Of a stretch of DNA of 64,000 nucleotides, positions 26,001 through 37,800 are shown piece by piece. Source of the stretch: Azolla caroliniana (Eukaryota > Plantae > Polypodiophyta); the NCBI GenBank assembly GCA_043228905.1, contig JBHGNT010000003.1:1116001-1180000 (forward strand), given 5' to 3'. Every line of letters starts with the position of its first letter. Position 1 is the stretch's first letter. The position numbers and the translations under genes are program-made. A model generated the notes under the pieces. It ran no database searches. It worked only from the letters and a program-made list of their open reading frames with translations, and was not told the origin of the DNA.

Positions 26001-28699
26001 GGACGAGGAGGTCAGTGCAAAGAACCTCGTTGATACTGAAAGGTTTCAACCTGCTTCGCGAGAGTCTATTCCTCCGTTAGCCGGGGATCCGGGGGAGCTA
26101 ATAGAGCTTGATGATGAGCTTATAGAAGATATTTTGTTGGCTCGGCTAACAGGGGAAGCCAATGCACGTATAGCCGAAGAGACTTCTATACAGGATGATG
26201 AAGAAAATGACATTGACGATTTGATTGCTATGTAATAGACTCTTTTAAAAACGTGAAATGTATTGTTTGGATTTCACATTATTAATACAAATTTTGGGTT
26301 TTACTTGGTGGATTCTATTCTTTATAATCTTCTATATGTTTCAATTTTATTTTTATATACTTGGTTAGTAGACTTATGACATTGGTTTCCCCGCGTGCAT
26401 TGCTGACTACCAAATTTATGGAGAAACATGAATTAGTTTAAATTGAGGCTAATTTTGGTCAAAGTTTACCTTAACATAACATGGTCGTAAAATTGTTGCC
26501 ATGACTGTCCATGTTGTTATTATGGATCTTTGTCTTCTATTGTTAAAATTATTATGTTTCTCTTCCATTGCTGCTTAGATTGTGTAGTGTGTTGATAATG
26601 GTTCCACTAGCGTTATCCGCATGTTTTTATACGCTTATAGTTCCACTAGCGTTATCGTTCGGAGTTTGATCCCATGTGAATTACCTAAGCAATAGAGTAG
26701 ATCAATTTTAAATACAGTATGAAAGCCTTAATAGGTTTGTTATTTCCACCACATTATCCTAAAGTTCACTGTCTTACATTGTCCACAATTATATACATAT
26801 GGTTTGATCCCATACGAACAAACTGAGGAATAGATTAGATCAACTTTAAATACAAGTATTAAATACTTTGATAAGTTAGTTATTCCAATCACATTATCCT
26901 AAAGTGCACTATCCTACATTGTCCACAATTACATACATGCAAGTATGGGTCAAAGTATAAATTATAACTCATTTTATTAGTATGGTTAGAAGTACACCTC
27001 ATATTTTTGTAGCACTTACCAAATTAATATAAGTCTTTAACTTAGTGTTTCTCATGTCGCACATTAGTGACATATTGAGCCATTGTTGAACTTTATTATG
27101 CCTACATTAACTTATCAACACGTCCAAACTTGCATGATTTCTAATGATCTCCACTCGTAGACCTATCATGTTTTTTTATATTTGCAAATTCTAATCAAGT
27201 TGTGGAACATGTGATACTAGTGCATTCAATTTTTGTAGAGAGGGTATATTTGGATAGTTTCAAGAAGTTTCTACAAGTGGAATGCGCAATCCTTCCACTT
27301 GTGAACGCGAACGTGTTCAAAGTCCAACTCATTTCATTGTCCAAAGCAAACTCAAGGGATTGCATTGATTCTTGTTCACACATGCGCAACACCCACTTCC
27401 TAACATAATTTGGAAGCTAATAGAAAGAATATGGCATGTCGGGTAATATTGTACAAATCAAGAATGAGAGGGAAACAACTTCTAAACTCTATATATTGAT
27501 GGGAGGATGGCATCGAGGTTGAGATTGAAGCACTTGTGCCGAGTAATATTGGACTAATCAATAGAGTTAACTCTTTGAGGATATATGGATTATGCAACGA
27601 AGGACTTCAAATACTCAATGACATGGTGGAAGATGGTCAATGAAAGTCCAAAAGTTTGTGAGGTGGCTCTCTTACATGTGGTGACACGAGAGGCTAATCA
27701 TAAACGTACAATTGATAATTTTAGTAAGGGTGGTGATGCTTGCTATATTACAAAAACGTGATCATATGGTTAGGGATGATGATATTAATCATGATTGTGA
27801 TGTGGTTAATGATGTGAATGCATATGATGATGAGATTGGGAATGTACTTGACAATGTCGTATTTTGGAAGATTTTATTTATTTTTTTTTTCATCTTAGTA
27901 TATTACTTGAAAAGTCTACATAAGAAAAACAGAAGGAGACATTTCATCTCACTTCTTTTTGTAAGATACAAAAGCTAGTACATCTTATGATACAGATGAT
28001 GTCATATATGTAGAAGAATTATGATAATATGGTTTGGGATGATGATGTTAAATACACTAATATGGTTTAGGGTTGTGTATGATGATTTGAGTGTAGGTGA
28101 TGATGGTGATATGGTTATGCTTCAGTATAACAGATAAGTTTATGGATGTGAATAATGTTGTGAGTGCATGGAAAGGTAATGTTGTGACTGTATTTGATAG
28201 TGATGTGGTTTGGAAGAATGATATGGACTTTGAAATAGATAAAAGTGTGTGGGAATAACTTGAATTGTAAGAATGTGGTTTATGATGTGTTTCATGGAGG
28301 TGGATGAGAGCAATAAGGAGCAATGTGTGTTTGTTAATAATGTGATTTGGGAGGATGATATGGGCTTCATTATGATGATGAAGGTATCAAGGGGAACACA
28401 AACACCGGGACATTTGAAACAGGTAATATGTCGCATTTTGAGAACTGTCCATCAAAAAATGACACAAATTAGGGTGATTCACAAAAAGGACCCAAAAATG
28501 ACCCAAAATGACCCAAAAATATATTGATTTTTAACATGTACGGAAATTTAAGTGTTCAAAAAAATGCCTAAATAATGGACATGCCAAACTTACAAATGAA
28601 TGTCCAAAATGACTAACCCCAATATTTATAGAAATTCTGAATCCAAATCTTGATGTGCAATACAATATTTATAGTTAACGTATCAGGACAATCATTTTT

Positions 28700-29045
28700 C
28701 AAGTTTATGTCATCATCTTCATACCCATTAGATGAACTAGTACGAGTTTATGAGGTCTCATCCTCATCACCAATGACAACTAATGCATTGTGTTGATCCA
28801 ATTGCAATCCAACCTCATCGAGTTTATGAGTCATGCTTCTTGTTTGTCTTTTTGTTGTGTCTGAAGCCACATTCCAGATCCTCTTTTAGTATCTTCATTG
28901 TGGTCTGTCACAGATAACTTGTTTTGGTCAAAGATAAGTCATACACTAATATATAAACATTATCCAATGTAAGAGTAGATGTGCTTGATGCATCTTTCCT
29001 CCTCACTTTTTGGTTATGATATTTCATTATGTACTTTCCATTTAC
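28700..29045 (-). pseudogene. 3' fragment of the Sola1-like transposase (element B)
   Basis: Manual translation STSTLTLDNVYILVYDLSLTKTSYL*QTTMKILKE aligns to NTSTLDISDVDIIMYDFTLTKAGRLRKSAIDIIKE of element A. Confidence 0.75.
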
Positions 29046-29159
29046 AAGATTAGATTATGTGAGAGAAGCTTTCTACCAAAATCAGTAGAATCTAAAAAAT
29101 GTCTTAAAGATGTTTTCCATTTTTCTTAGATTCTCATAGTAAGCCTTTGATGTCATACA

Positions 29160-31150
29160 GAAATCCGATTCATCCCATCTAGATTTGACGCAACATGTCG
29201 AATTTTACTCTACACATCTAGAATTGGATATAATGCATCAGATTCCTGTAAGTCTTGGATTTTTTTTTAAAAATTCCATTAAAAAAATACTCTTACATTT
29301 TAATGCATTGCATTGAATTCTAGCTACATAGACTAAAATATGATACATTGCATGGATTTCCCGAAAATACATAAAAAAATACAAATTGAAAAAATAAAAC
29401 ATTTTCCCATAAATAAATAAATAAACATTTTTTATTTTACTCGTAAATAAATAAATAAAAATTGACAAATTAGATTTAAATGGAAATCCAATTCTGTGCA
29501 TCGGATTCAATTGAAAATCCAATTTCTCTTATTTTTTTGAAAATTTTCTTATTTTTTGAATTGTTTTTGAATTTGTTTTTATTTTTCCCATAAAAAAATA
29601 AATAAAAATTTAAAAAATGGATTTTCAACGGAAATCCGATGCATTGCATCGGATTTTGGTTGAAAGTCCACTTTTACGTATTTTTTTCCAAATTTGCTTT
29701 TTTTTTTGAATTTTTTTGAATTTTTTTTTAATTTTTTCTATAAAAAATAAATAAATATTGAAAAAATAGATTTTCAATGGAAATCCGATGCACTGCATCG
29801 TATTTCTGTAGAAAATCCACTTTTTCTTATTTTTTTCCAAATTTTCATAGTTTTTAGAATTTTTTTGGTATTTTGTTTGTCTATTTTCTCATAAATAGCT
29901 ATATAGAAATTGAAAAAATGAATTTTCAAAGGAAATCCGATGCATTGCATCGGATTTCTATTGAAAGTCCACTTTTTGCTATTTGTTACCAAATTTTCAT
30001 ATTTTAAAATATTTTTTTGTATTTTTTAAATGTTTTTTCATTTTTTCACATAAATAAATAAATAAAAATTGCAAAAAATGGATGTTCAACAGAAATCCGA
30101 TGCACTACATCAAATTTCTATTGAAAATCCATTTTGTCTTATTTGTTTCCAATTTTTCAGATATTTTGAATTTGTTTTTGAATTTGTTTTGAATTTTTTT
30201 TGTTTTTATCATAAATAAATATATAGGAATTGAAAAAAATGGATTTTCAACGGAAATCCGATGCACTGCATCGGATTTCCATTGAAAGTCCACTTTTTCT
30301 TGTTTGTTTACAAATTTTCTTATTTGTTTATATTTTTCTCTAAAAAAGTGTTAAAAATAAACAAATTGTGATTTTCTCCATTTAAAATGATGTGTTTTCA
30401 ACGGGAATCCGATGCAGTGCATCGGATTCCCGTTGAAAACAGATCATTTTCAACTGGATTTTCAATGAAAATCCGATGCACTGCATCGGATTTCCATTCA
30501 AAATCACTGAGTTTCGACAGAAATCCGATGCAATGCATCGGATTCCGTTGAAAGTCCAATATTTTTCTTATGTTTTTTCATAAAACATTAATTTGCAATT
30601 GAAATCCGACTCAATGGTTCAGATTTTGTTGAAAATGTAATATTTTTTTATTATCTCATTGTTTTATGAAAAACCTAAAAGAAATTTGGATTTTTAATTG
30701 AAATTTGATGTAGTGCATTAGATTTCAGTTGGAAATCCACTTTTTTAATATATTTTTATTTATTTTTTGAAAAAATGAAAAACAATTGAAAAGAAAGAGG
30801 ATTGCCAGCTAAAATCTGATTCAATGCATCAATGTCTAGCTGTATAGACTACGATCTAATGTAGTGTATCGGATTTCAGTTGAAAAGCCGTTTATTATTT
30901 TTTTATATGGAAAATAAATAAATAAATAACATTGGAAAAAGAAAAAAGAAAAATGGATTTTCGACTCTAATACAACACATTGCATTAGATTCTAGCTATA
31001 TATACTAAAATATAATGTAGTGCATAGTATTTTAGCTGAAAATCCATTTTTTATTTTTTAATGGAAAAAATTTTAAAAATTACAAAAAAAAAAAACTTGG
31101 ATTTTCAACTGAAATCTAGTGCATCGCATTGGATTCCAATTAAAAATCCA
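29160..31150. repeat. Array of palindromes AAATCCGATGC-N3-GCATCGGATTT in AT-rich repeats
   Basis: Roughly 15 or more copies, many at ~150-bp period (e.g. near 29631, 29781, 29932, 30091, 30253) and closer at 30405-30545. Confidence 0.9.
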
Positions 31151-31309
31151 AGATTTTTTATTTTTTCAAATTTTATTGTTTCAAATTTTCAATGAGTTTT
31201 AGATTAGTTTTCTGACACAGGTATATAATATAAAACTTACATCATTTTAGATTAACGTTATATTCTATTCTTCAGTTTGATGTTACCTGTGCAATTTCAT
31301 TCTACTGTC

Positions 31310-31640
31310 ATGTACTACTAAAACATACGCCTTAAAGATTATCAGGAACTCTATTGCATTAGAGAAGGACCTTGAGCAAGTTAATGTCATCAAAATGAGG
31401 ATCCAAGGTATCTGGGGTTGTCCTGATCAAGACCAAGAAGTTGGGGCAAAGCATATCAATAAAACTTAGATGTTCCAAATGACTTTTAGAAAACTTGTGG
31501 AACTATAGATGAAGACGCAGGGCAACTTGTTGAAATAGAAGACATTTCAGAGTCTGAACATACTAACAATTCAACTTAGCATACTAACGAAGCCAATGAG
31601 GACAATCCTGATGAAAGAGCTAATCCTGAGTAGACGGCTT
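31310..31640 (+). pseudogene. Last-exon fragment of the methyltransferase (element B)
   Basis: Manual translation TYALKIIRNSIALEKDLEQVNVIKMRIQGIWGCPDQDQEVGAK aligns to TCALKLFRNTVALEKDEEQVIFINMRIKALWECLDQDEEVSAK of element A. Confidence 0.8.
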
Positions 31641-33409
31641 TACCAGACTTATTATTCGATTGATGGTTATGGCTTATTGTAAATTTTGAACAATATGAAT
31701 TGTTAAATTTTGACGTAATATATAAGTTGGGCTTACTTATAATTTTCGTGTAACAATCATTGAACTTAGAAATTAAGTATACTTGTATGTGTACATGTTA
31801 TCTAAACTCTCCTTTATCATTTGGGGTATATCGGAGATAAGTTTATACTCTATCATTTACTCGTATGATTGGAATGTTATTGTAGACTAGTTTATTTATA
31901 CATTGACAGTGTCATGTATCACGTGTCAATGGAAATTTTCTCTTGACATAGTAGCATCTCTTAATTGCAAGGTTCACAATTTGCTTTAAGATGTATTATA
32001 TTTAAATATACACACATAATTAGAAGAAGTCACTTATTCAATGGGGCATGCTTTTTAGAATATGCACAAGGACCCGTGTTACTATTATACTTGTGTTGAC
32101 AAATACACCCCTGTCTAAGATTTGGACAAAAACATGGTAGATAGAATATACGTCGGATGATTTTGTTGACGTGATATTAGTTAGTTCTTTTTTTCGCTAT
32201 GTTTTCATAAACCACATACACATGCGTTGTGCCTTGTTGAAATTCTGCTTAAATAAGGCATTTTTTAACATCTCACTAAGATATGAAAAAGAGAATGCGA
32301 CATATTACCTGTTTCAAATGACCCAGTGTTCACAATGTTTTAGGATATTTGTAGTAGGTTTACCGTGGATGATGGTTTCGTGATGGTGATAATTGTGTCA
32401 AAAAGAACAAGCATAATTGTTTTTATAACGTCAAAGTTAATAAGAGTATATTTCGTAAGGGTAAGGGTGTGATTTAAGATGTGTTGTATATTTGTTTTGT
32501 TAATGTAGGTAATATTGACAATAATTGTAGGGATAACAATGATATGGTTTATGATGATGTGAGAGCAAGTCTACCGGTTAATGATGCAATGTGGCGGGAA
32601 GATCACAATTTTGTGTATTGGTGGTGGTTGCCATGTTGACCATTGGAAAAATGGAATATTCCAAGTGTAGACCCTTAGGAAGTGCATATTGTTGGTTTTG
32701 CACTCTGGAATTCTTTGTTAGCTTAAATATTAGAGTGTTGACCCTTGGAAGAGCATAACAAGGTTAAGTACCCATTATGATTTGGTTCACGTTTCTCAGT
32801 TATAATGTCTTGGCATGATCTATTGGTATAAATTTCAAATGATCGAGATTGAATATTCCATGAGATATTGAGAACATCGCTCAATTGTGGTACCATTGTA
32901 ATGAGTGTTTTTTCAGACACATTTATTAATAGAATTGTGTGCATCGACGAAAAAGACACATATATCATATTGACATTTATTCGACAATATTTCAAGGAAT
33001 TTATAAAAACGCACCAAGGTATCGGGTAAAATTACCGGTTTCCAATTCTTGTTGTGGGTAAGCGAATTATAGATCATATATTTCCCCATGAACATACATA
33101 TTGGCACTACAATTATCTAATACGATATGGGATTAATGTCAAACTTCAGGGAGTATATAATTTGAAGGTATGGTGGGATAAGGAATATAACTATGTTGGG
33201 CCACCCTAAATGCTTGGTTGATAGGCCCATACCTGGATTAACTTTTGGGAATGCTAGCGAAGAAGTGTTGAATTGACCTGCAAATTAGATATTGATTTAG
33301 TTGACATTGATGATCAGGTGATTTCCTTTGTAAATGAGAGGAAAAGGGTATATGATTCAAGGTAAGCCATAAGAGACATACACATACACACACCCACAGA
33401 CACACATAG

Positions 33410-34829
33410 ATGGCACTAATTTGGAGATTGGCAGCTATGGTGAGCCTTGTGCTTGTGATCATTTCTGCGATAGATGCTGCCGAAGGCAATGATAATGCAT
33501 GGAATGATGCCAAGGTTTTGAATGAGTTCGAGAAATGGATGAAGAAATTCGGTAAGGACAAAGTTTACGGATCGGACCCCATCCGAAAGCTCAAGAGATT
33601 CAAGAGATTCAAGGATAATCTTCTATACATGATGAGCCACAACAACATCTCTTCTTCTTCTTCCTTCTTGCTCGGGCTCAACCACTTTGCCGATCTGAGC
33701 TTTGACGAGGCGGTCGCAACCTTCCTCATTGGGCGGGAGGGGTCCGATGGCAAAACACCCGGCGATAACAAGACCTCCAACAAGACCTCCACTAATCAGC
33801 AGGCGCCGGACAGTGCTACATTCTGCAATCCTGCCTCGCTCCCTACAAATTTTGATTGGCGATCGCGAGCCGTCGTTACTCCAATCAAAGATCAAGGACA
33901 ATGTGGTAATGAAATCTTTATCTATCTATCTATCTATCTATCTATCTCATTCATGGGTGCACACACACATACACTACACACAACAAGTCCAATTGGGTTC
34001 TAGGTTAATCCATATCATAAACTCCAAGCTTCGTCTATGCATCAAAGCTAGATAGACCCTAATGCTAAGTGTTATGTACCCTCAATTATACAGGAAGTTG
34101 TTGGGCATTCAGCAGTGTGGCCACAATAGAGAGCGCGTATGCGATCAGGACGGGTAAACTCTTCCGCCTCTCCGAACAAGAGGTCGTTAGTTGCGAGACC
34201 AAGTACTCGTATGGTTGCAACGGTGGCTACAAATATTATGCTTTACAGTGGGTCATCAACAATGGAGGCATTGCCTCTGAGGCCGACTACCCTTACTTTA
34301 GTGGCAGCACGAGCACTCGCGGCATTTGCAATGTTGTCAAAGTATATCCCTCTCTATGTCTCTCTAGGCTCCCCTAGGGTTATACAACCTCTTTCTTGGC
34401 TTGGTCTAGGCTATGCAATGTGTCGTCTAACATGTATACATTATTCTTTTTCTCTCGTAGGCACGCACAAGCAAGGTGGCCAATATCTCGGCAATTTATG
34501 GTGTCCCCATGGCGAATGAAGCTGCCTTGCTATGTGCCCTTGCGCAACAGCCGATCTCTGTATCGATTTATGCGAACAATGACTTCCTCCGATATGCGAG
34601 CGGTATCTTTGATGCCGGCACGACTTGCCCTTACATGGCAGGGACATCCAATCATGTCGTAACGCTCATCGGATGGGGTCAAAATGTTAATGGTGTGAAG
34701 TATTGGATAGTGAAGAACTCTTGGGGTCCATACTGGGGAATGAATGGCTATGCTCATATTAGGAGAGGTGGAAGCATTCCACAAGGAGTTTGTGGTATCA
34801 ACAACTACCCCATCTATCCTGTTGTTTAG
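33410..34829 (+). CDS. Papain-like cysteine protease (C1A) preproprotein, 3 exons, ~370 aa
   Basis: Exons 33410-33905, 34094-34341 and 34461-34829 with GT-AG introns in frame. Signal peptide, I29-type prodomain (FEKWM, GLNHFADLS), LPTNFDWR, DQGQCGSCWAFS, CNGG, NHVV, WIVKNSWG. Catalytic Cys/His/Asn intact. Confidence 0.95.
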
Positions 34830-37800
34830 GAGTTTGTAACATATTGTTGGCGAGGGAAATCCGAAGCATAGGAGTTTGTGTTCTCAATAATACCATGTCT
34901 ATCATATCCTTTTGTTTGTTTGGTGCTGAATAATTTCAATGGATGGACATCATGGTGTTAATAATTGACCCACCCATGAGATTGTATGATATATTCATTC
35001 AAAAGGAGTTGGAGGCAAATTTGCAAGATGCATCACATTGTATTGTAAGTTCTTAATAATGTTGGTTTGGAGAATTTTGGTATTTTAAATTGACACACTG
35101 TACACATATATATAATGATGTGATATTTTATTGACAAGAGTATGGACCCCCAAGAGTTCTAAAATCGATTTGCTGATGTTTTTCGTGTCATATCGTCCAG
35201 TCTCATAATTTAATCATTGCCTCTTAATTTCAAATCCTAACCATTTCACTCATTCATTGTATTGTGTGATAAAACTTCAATGTCGTAAAAAATTATTTTC
35301 CCGTTCCAAGACCTAGCACACATGTCTAGGATTGACTTTGGAAACATCAAATTATGTTATTCTCCTTTGTATTGTTGACTTTTTAAATCAATGTTTTGCT
35401 CGGTCTCAAGATTTCACATTTAAAAGGGAGACATTATTAGTGTAATACAAGGTTAAAGAGACTCATCAGTAAGTTTGTGTGCATAGGCATTGTTACGTGA
35501 ATATTCCTCTATGCATGCATCATGAAATTTTGGATTGACTTTGAGGTGTGCCAAAATTATCAAACTCAAAACATAAGTGAAAATCAATAATAAATGAAAT
35601 CCAATGAAAAACAAGCTTTACACTTTTATTTGTGGTAACAAAATTCTAGCAGCTCAAATATCTAGGGCATCTGATTGGGAAAATTCATTGATGAGGAATC
35701 AAAGGAGCAATTGTGAATATGCCAATTATTAGAATTGGATTAAGCGACGAACTTAGGTGCAACCATGGCTTTGTGGTGTAGAGGAACAGGAGAGAAAAGA
35801 GGCTAGAGAGATTTGAGAGACAATCAAGAAGCCCAAGAGGGAGACAAGACACATGTCGAAACAAACATCAAGCAAGAAAATGAGTTAAAAGTTTTTATTG
35901 GCGTTAATTTGCTTGAGATAATCTAGGGGGATCATACACTATTGATGTACAATATCTATAAAATGTGGGGTTCTTCTTCTTCATGAGGACATTTTTTCTA
36001 TATAATCTACATTAAAATGCTTAAGCCAATTCTACTCATGCAATTATTCAATTAATAATGAAATAATGGATTTCCTTTTTTATCCTTTCGAATGCAAAAT
36101 TTTGCCTTAATTTATGCAGAACAAATTAGTGTATCGTCTTCATAATCATCATGATTATTATTGTCATTATCATCTCCATCTACTTCCTCATCATTATCAT
36201 ATTACGTTCATTACTATTATTTGTATTATTTCCCGCTCTCAAGGGCCTATAGTCTCTCTCCCCATCTCACATGCACATGTGGATAACCTCAACACTAATT
36301 TTCCAAAGTTGTGACAAATTACTAAAAAGACTTTTGCATAGCTTTCTTGCTCTCTTCTTGTTCTGATAAAGTCTATGTTCAATTGTTCGTTTTTCCTAGC
36401 CACAACCTTCCTCTTGAAGTATTAATAACATTTGTCAAAGGAAAGTAAGGGATATCTCATTTGTGTCATCATTGTTGTGACTTAACTCATCATACTTCGG
36501 AGGTAGAGCATGTATAAACTTAGGATGGACAAAATGCCTTATTTAGCCAATTAAACATCTCATACATGACTTTGAGGACTTTGTTATGATGGTGAACACA
36601 ATTGCCTTCTCATATGCTCATATATGCTTAGAGGTCAATCGATTGTCTATATTATCTTCTCCTATATCCTCTCCCCTACATTGAACAATAACAAGAGAAA
36701 ATAAGAAGAAGGGGAACCTATATTCTACTACCAAATTCCAACTTGACCAAATTCAATAAAAAAAATAGTGGAACGAGACTAGGGGACTTAAATGGCTTTT
36801 GCCACCAAATAAGGTGCCCATAAAATACATAAAACCTGAGTTTTATATTAGCCTAAGGTTTTGATCAAAGAAGTAATGTAAAGGGGCGTAGAAGAGATAA
36901 CAACATAGAAATAAAGGAACATAACTCATCCGATATCATATGAGGATGCTATGAGCTTTTTGATTCATGTGAGCGCTCTTGTTTGCCCCTACATGACTTC
37001 CACCACAACTTTACTTTTTCCTTCATGTCTCTTGGCCCGAAATTCAAAACTTAGATTTTATTAGGTCATATCATAGCGTACTTCGTTGGCTTTGTTTCAA
37101 CTATTTGAACTTCGAAATCCGATATCATATCAAGACGCTATGAGCTTTTTTGTTCACGTGGGCGCTCTTGTTTGCCCATGCATGACTTTTGCCACAACTT
37201 TACTTTTTGATTCATGCTTCTTGCCCTAAATTTCAAAACTTGGATTTTATTACGTCATATACTTATAGAATGGTAAAGTGTACACTTTGAATCCCATTAA
37301 GGGTAACAAAAGGGAAAAAGTTGATCACAAAATGAAAACTAAGATATATTTTTTGTGATAGTTTAGTTTGGAAGGTGGAAAAAAGAAATTATTCATTTGG
37401 TCAGTGGACTCAGGAAACATTTAAATAAAGATGGAGAGTTTATTGCTATAGTATAAGGTCTACCGTCTAACTTATACAAAAAGGAAGTTTTTAATTGGTG
37501 TGTGGGCTCTTGAAACCTTTAAATAAAGAACGAGAGGTCATTGCAAGGGATCAACATTTTACAAGAGATGCATAGGCTTTATCAAGAGACAAATGATTGC
37601 AGGATAGCAAATTGTGGGGTCACATAGGAGGTTTACAAAGACAAAGAGTGATGTGGTTGTCAATCATAGACTCTATATTCCAAAACTTAAAGATCTCATC
37701 TCGTCACTCTTTCGATTTATTTACTTTCGATCATCTTAATCTCTCATATTTGATAAATTAGCGTTAAAAATCCTTTGTATGAAAATTTATTATTGTACAT

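Larger units (their letters stand above)
15977..26235 (+). pseudogene. Six-exon ParB/Srx-like domain + beta-class N6A/N4C DNA methyltransferase gene, disrupted
   Basis: Predicted exons: 15977-16011; 21922-24645 (split by a solo LTR at 21973-23053); ~24722-24860 (acceptor mutated); 24944-25410; 25499-25791; 25883-26235. Splice phases are consistent. ParB-like: LPITHIH...HVQNLKKKMK...PFIVMVD...YFVIGGSHSVEARRQL. MTase: FCGDVVDMI, LMIADIPYG (motif IV), LAW|IK, NPYQKPQRLMMRLIEMF...GDWILDLFSGT[R]TT (motif I), VALEKD. Lesions: TGA at 23347, frameshift ~23615, two LTR insertions. Confidence 0.85.
12067..27317. mobile_element. Sola1-like TIR DNA transposon carrying a ParB-amino-methyltransferase gene (element A)
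   Basis: 36-bp TIRs at 12067-12102 and 27282-27317 (34/36 identical, AACACGTTCRCGTTCACAAGTGGAAGGATYGCGCAT). 4-bp TSD CAAA at 12063-66 and 27318-21. The flanks rejoin into ...CTCATTACCAAAGTCCA..., which also occurs uninterrupted at ~11963-12030. Confidence 0.92.
28401..32330. mobile_element. Internally deleted relative of element A (element B)
   Basis: 37-bp TIRs at 28401-28437 and 32294-32330 (35/37; AACACYGGGWCATTTGAAACAGGTAATATGTCGCATT) and a 4-bp TSD CACA. Contains the 3' ends of both the transposase and the MTase. Confidence 0.88.

Noticed and set aside
23630-26235. Bacterial contamination or a prophage ParB-MTase
   Set aside because: The gene has in-phase spliceosomal introns, plant LTR insertions with TSDs, and sits inside TIRs continuous with plant DNA.
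25067-26235. C5-cytosine methyltransferase (MET1/CMT/DRM type)
   Set aside because: No PC or ENV motifs. A DPPY-like motif precedes FxGxG, which is amino-MTase beta order.
27322-28400. Possible host gene or LINE flanking elements A and B (also 32331-33230)
   Set aside because: Short ORFs with no recognisable motif; too degenerate to call, so no target-preference claim is made.
29160-31150. Second CRISPR-like palindrome array
   Set aside because: Spacers are long, AT-rich and homologous to each other; the array lies inside a TIR element.
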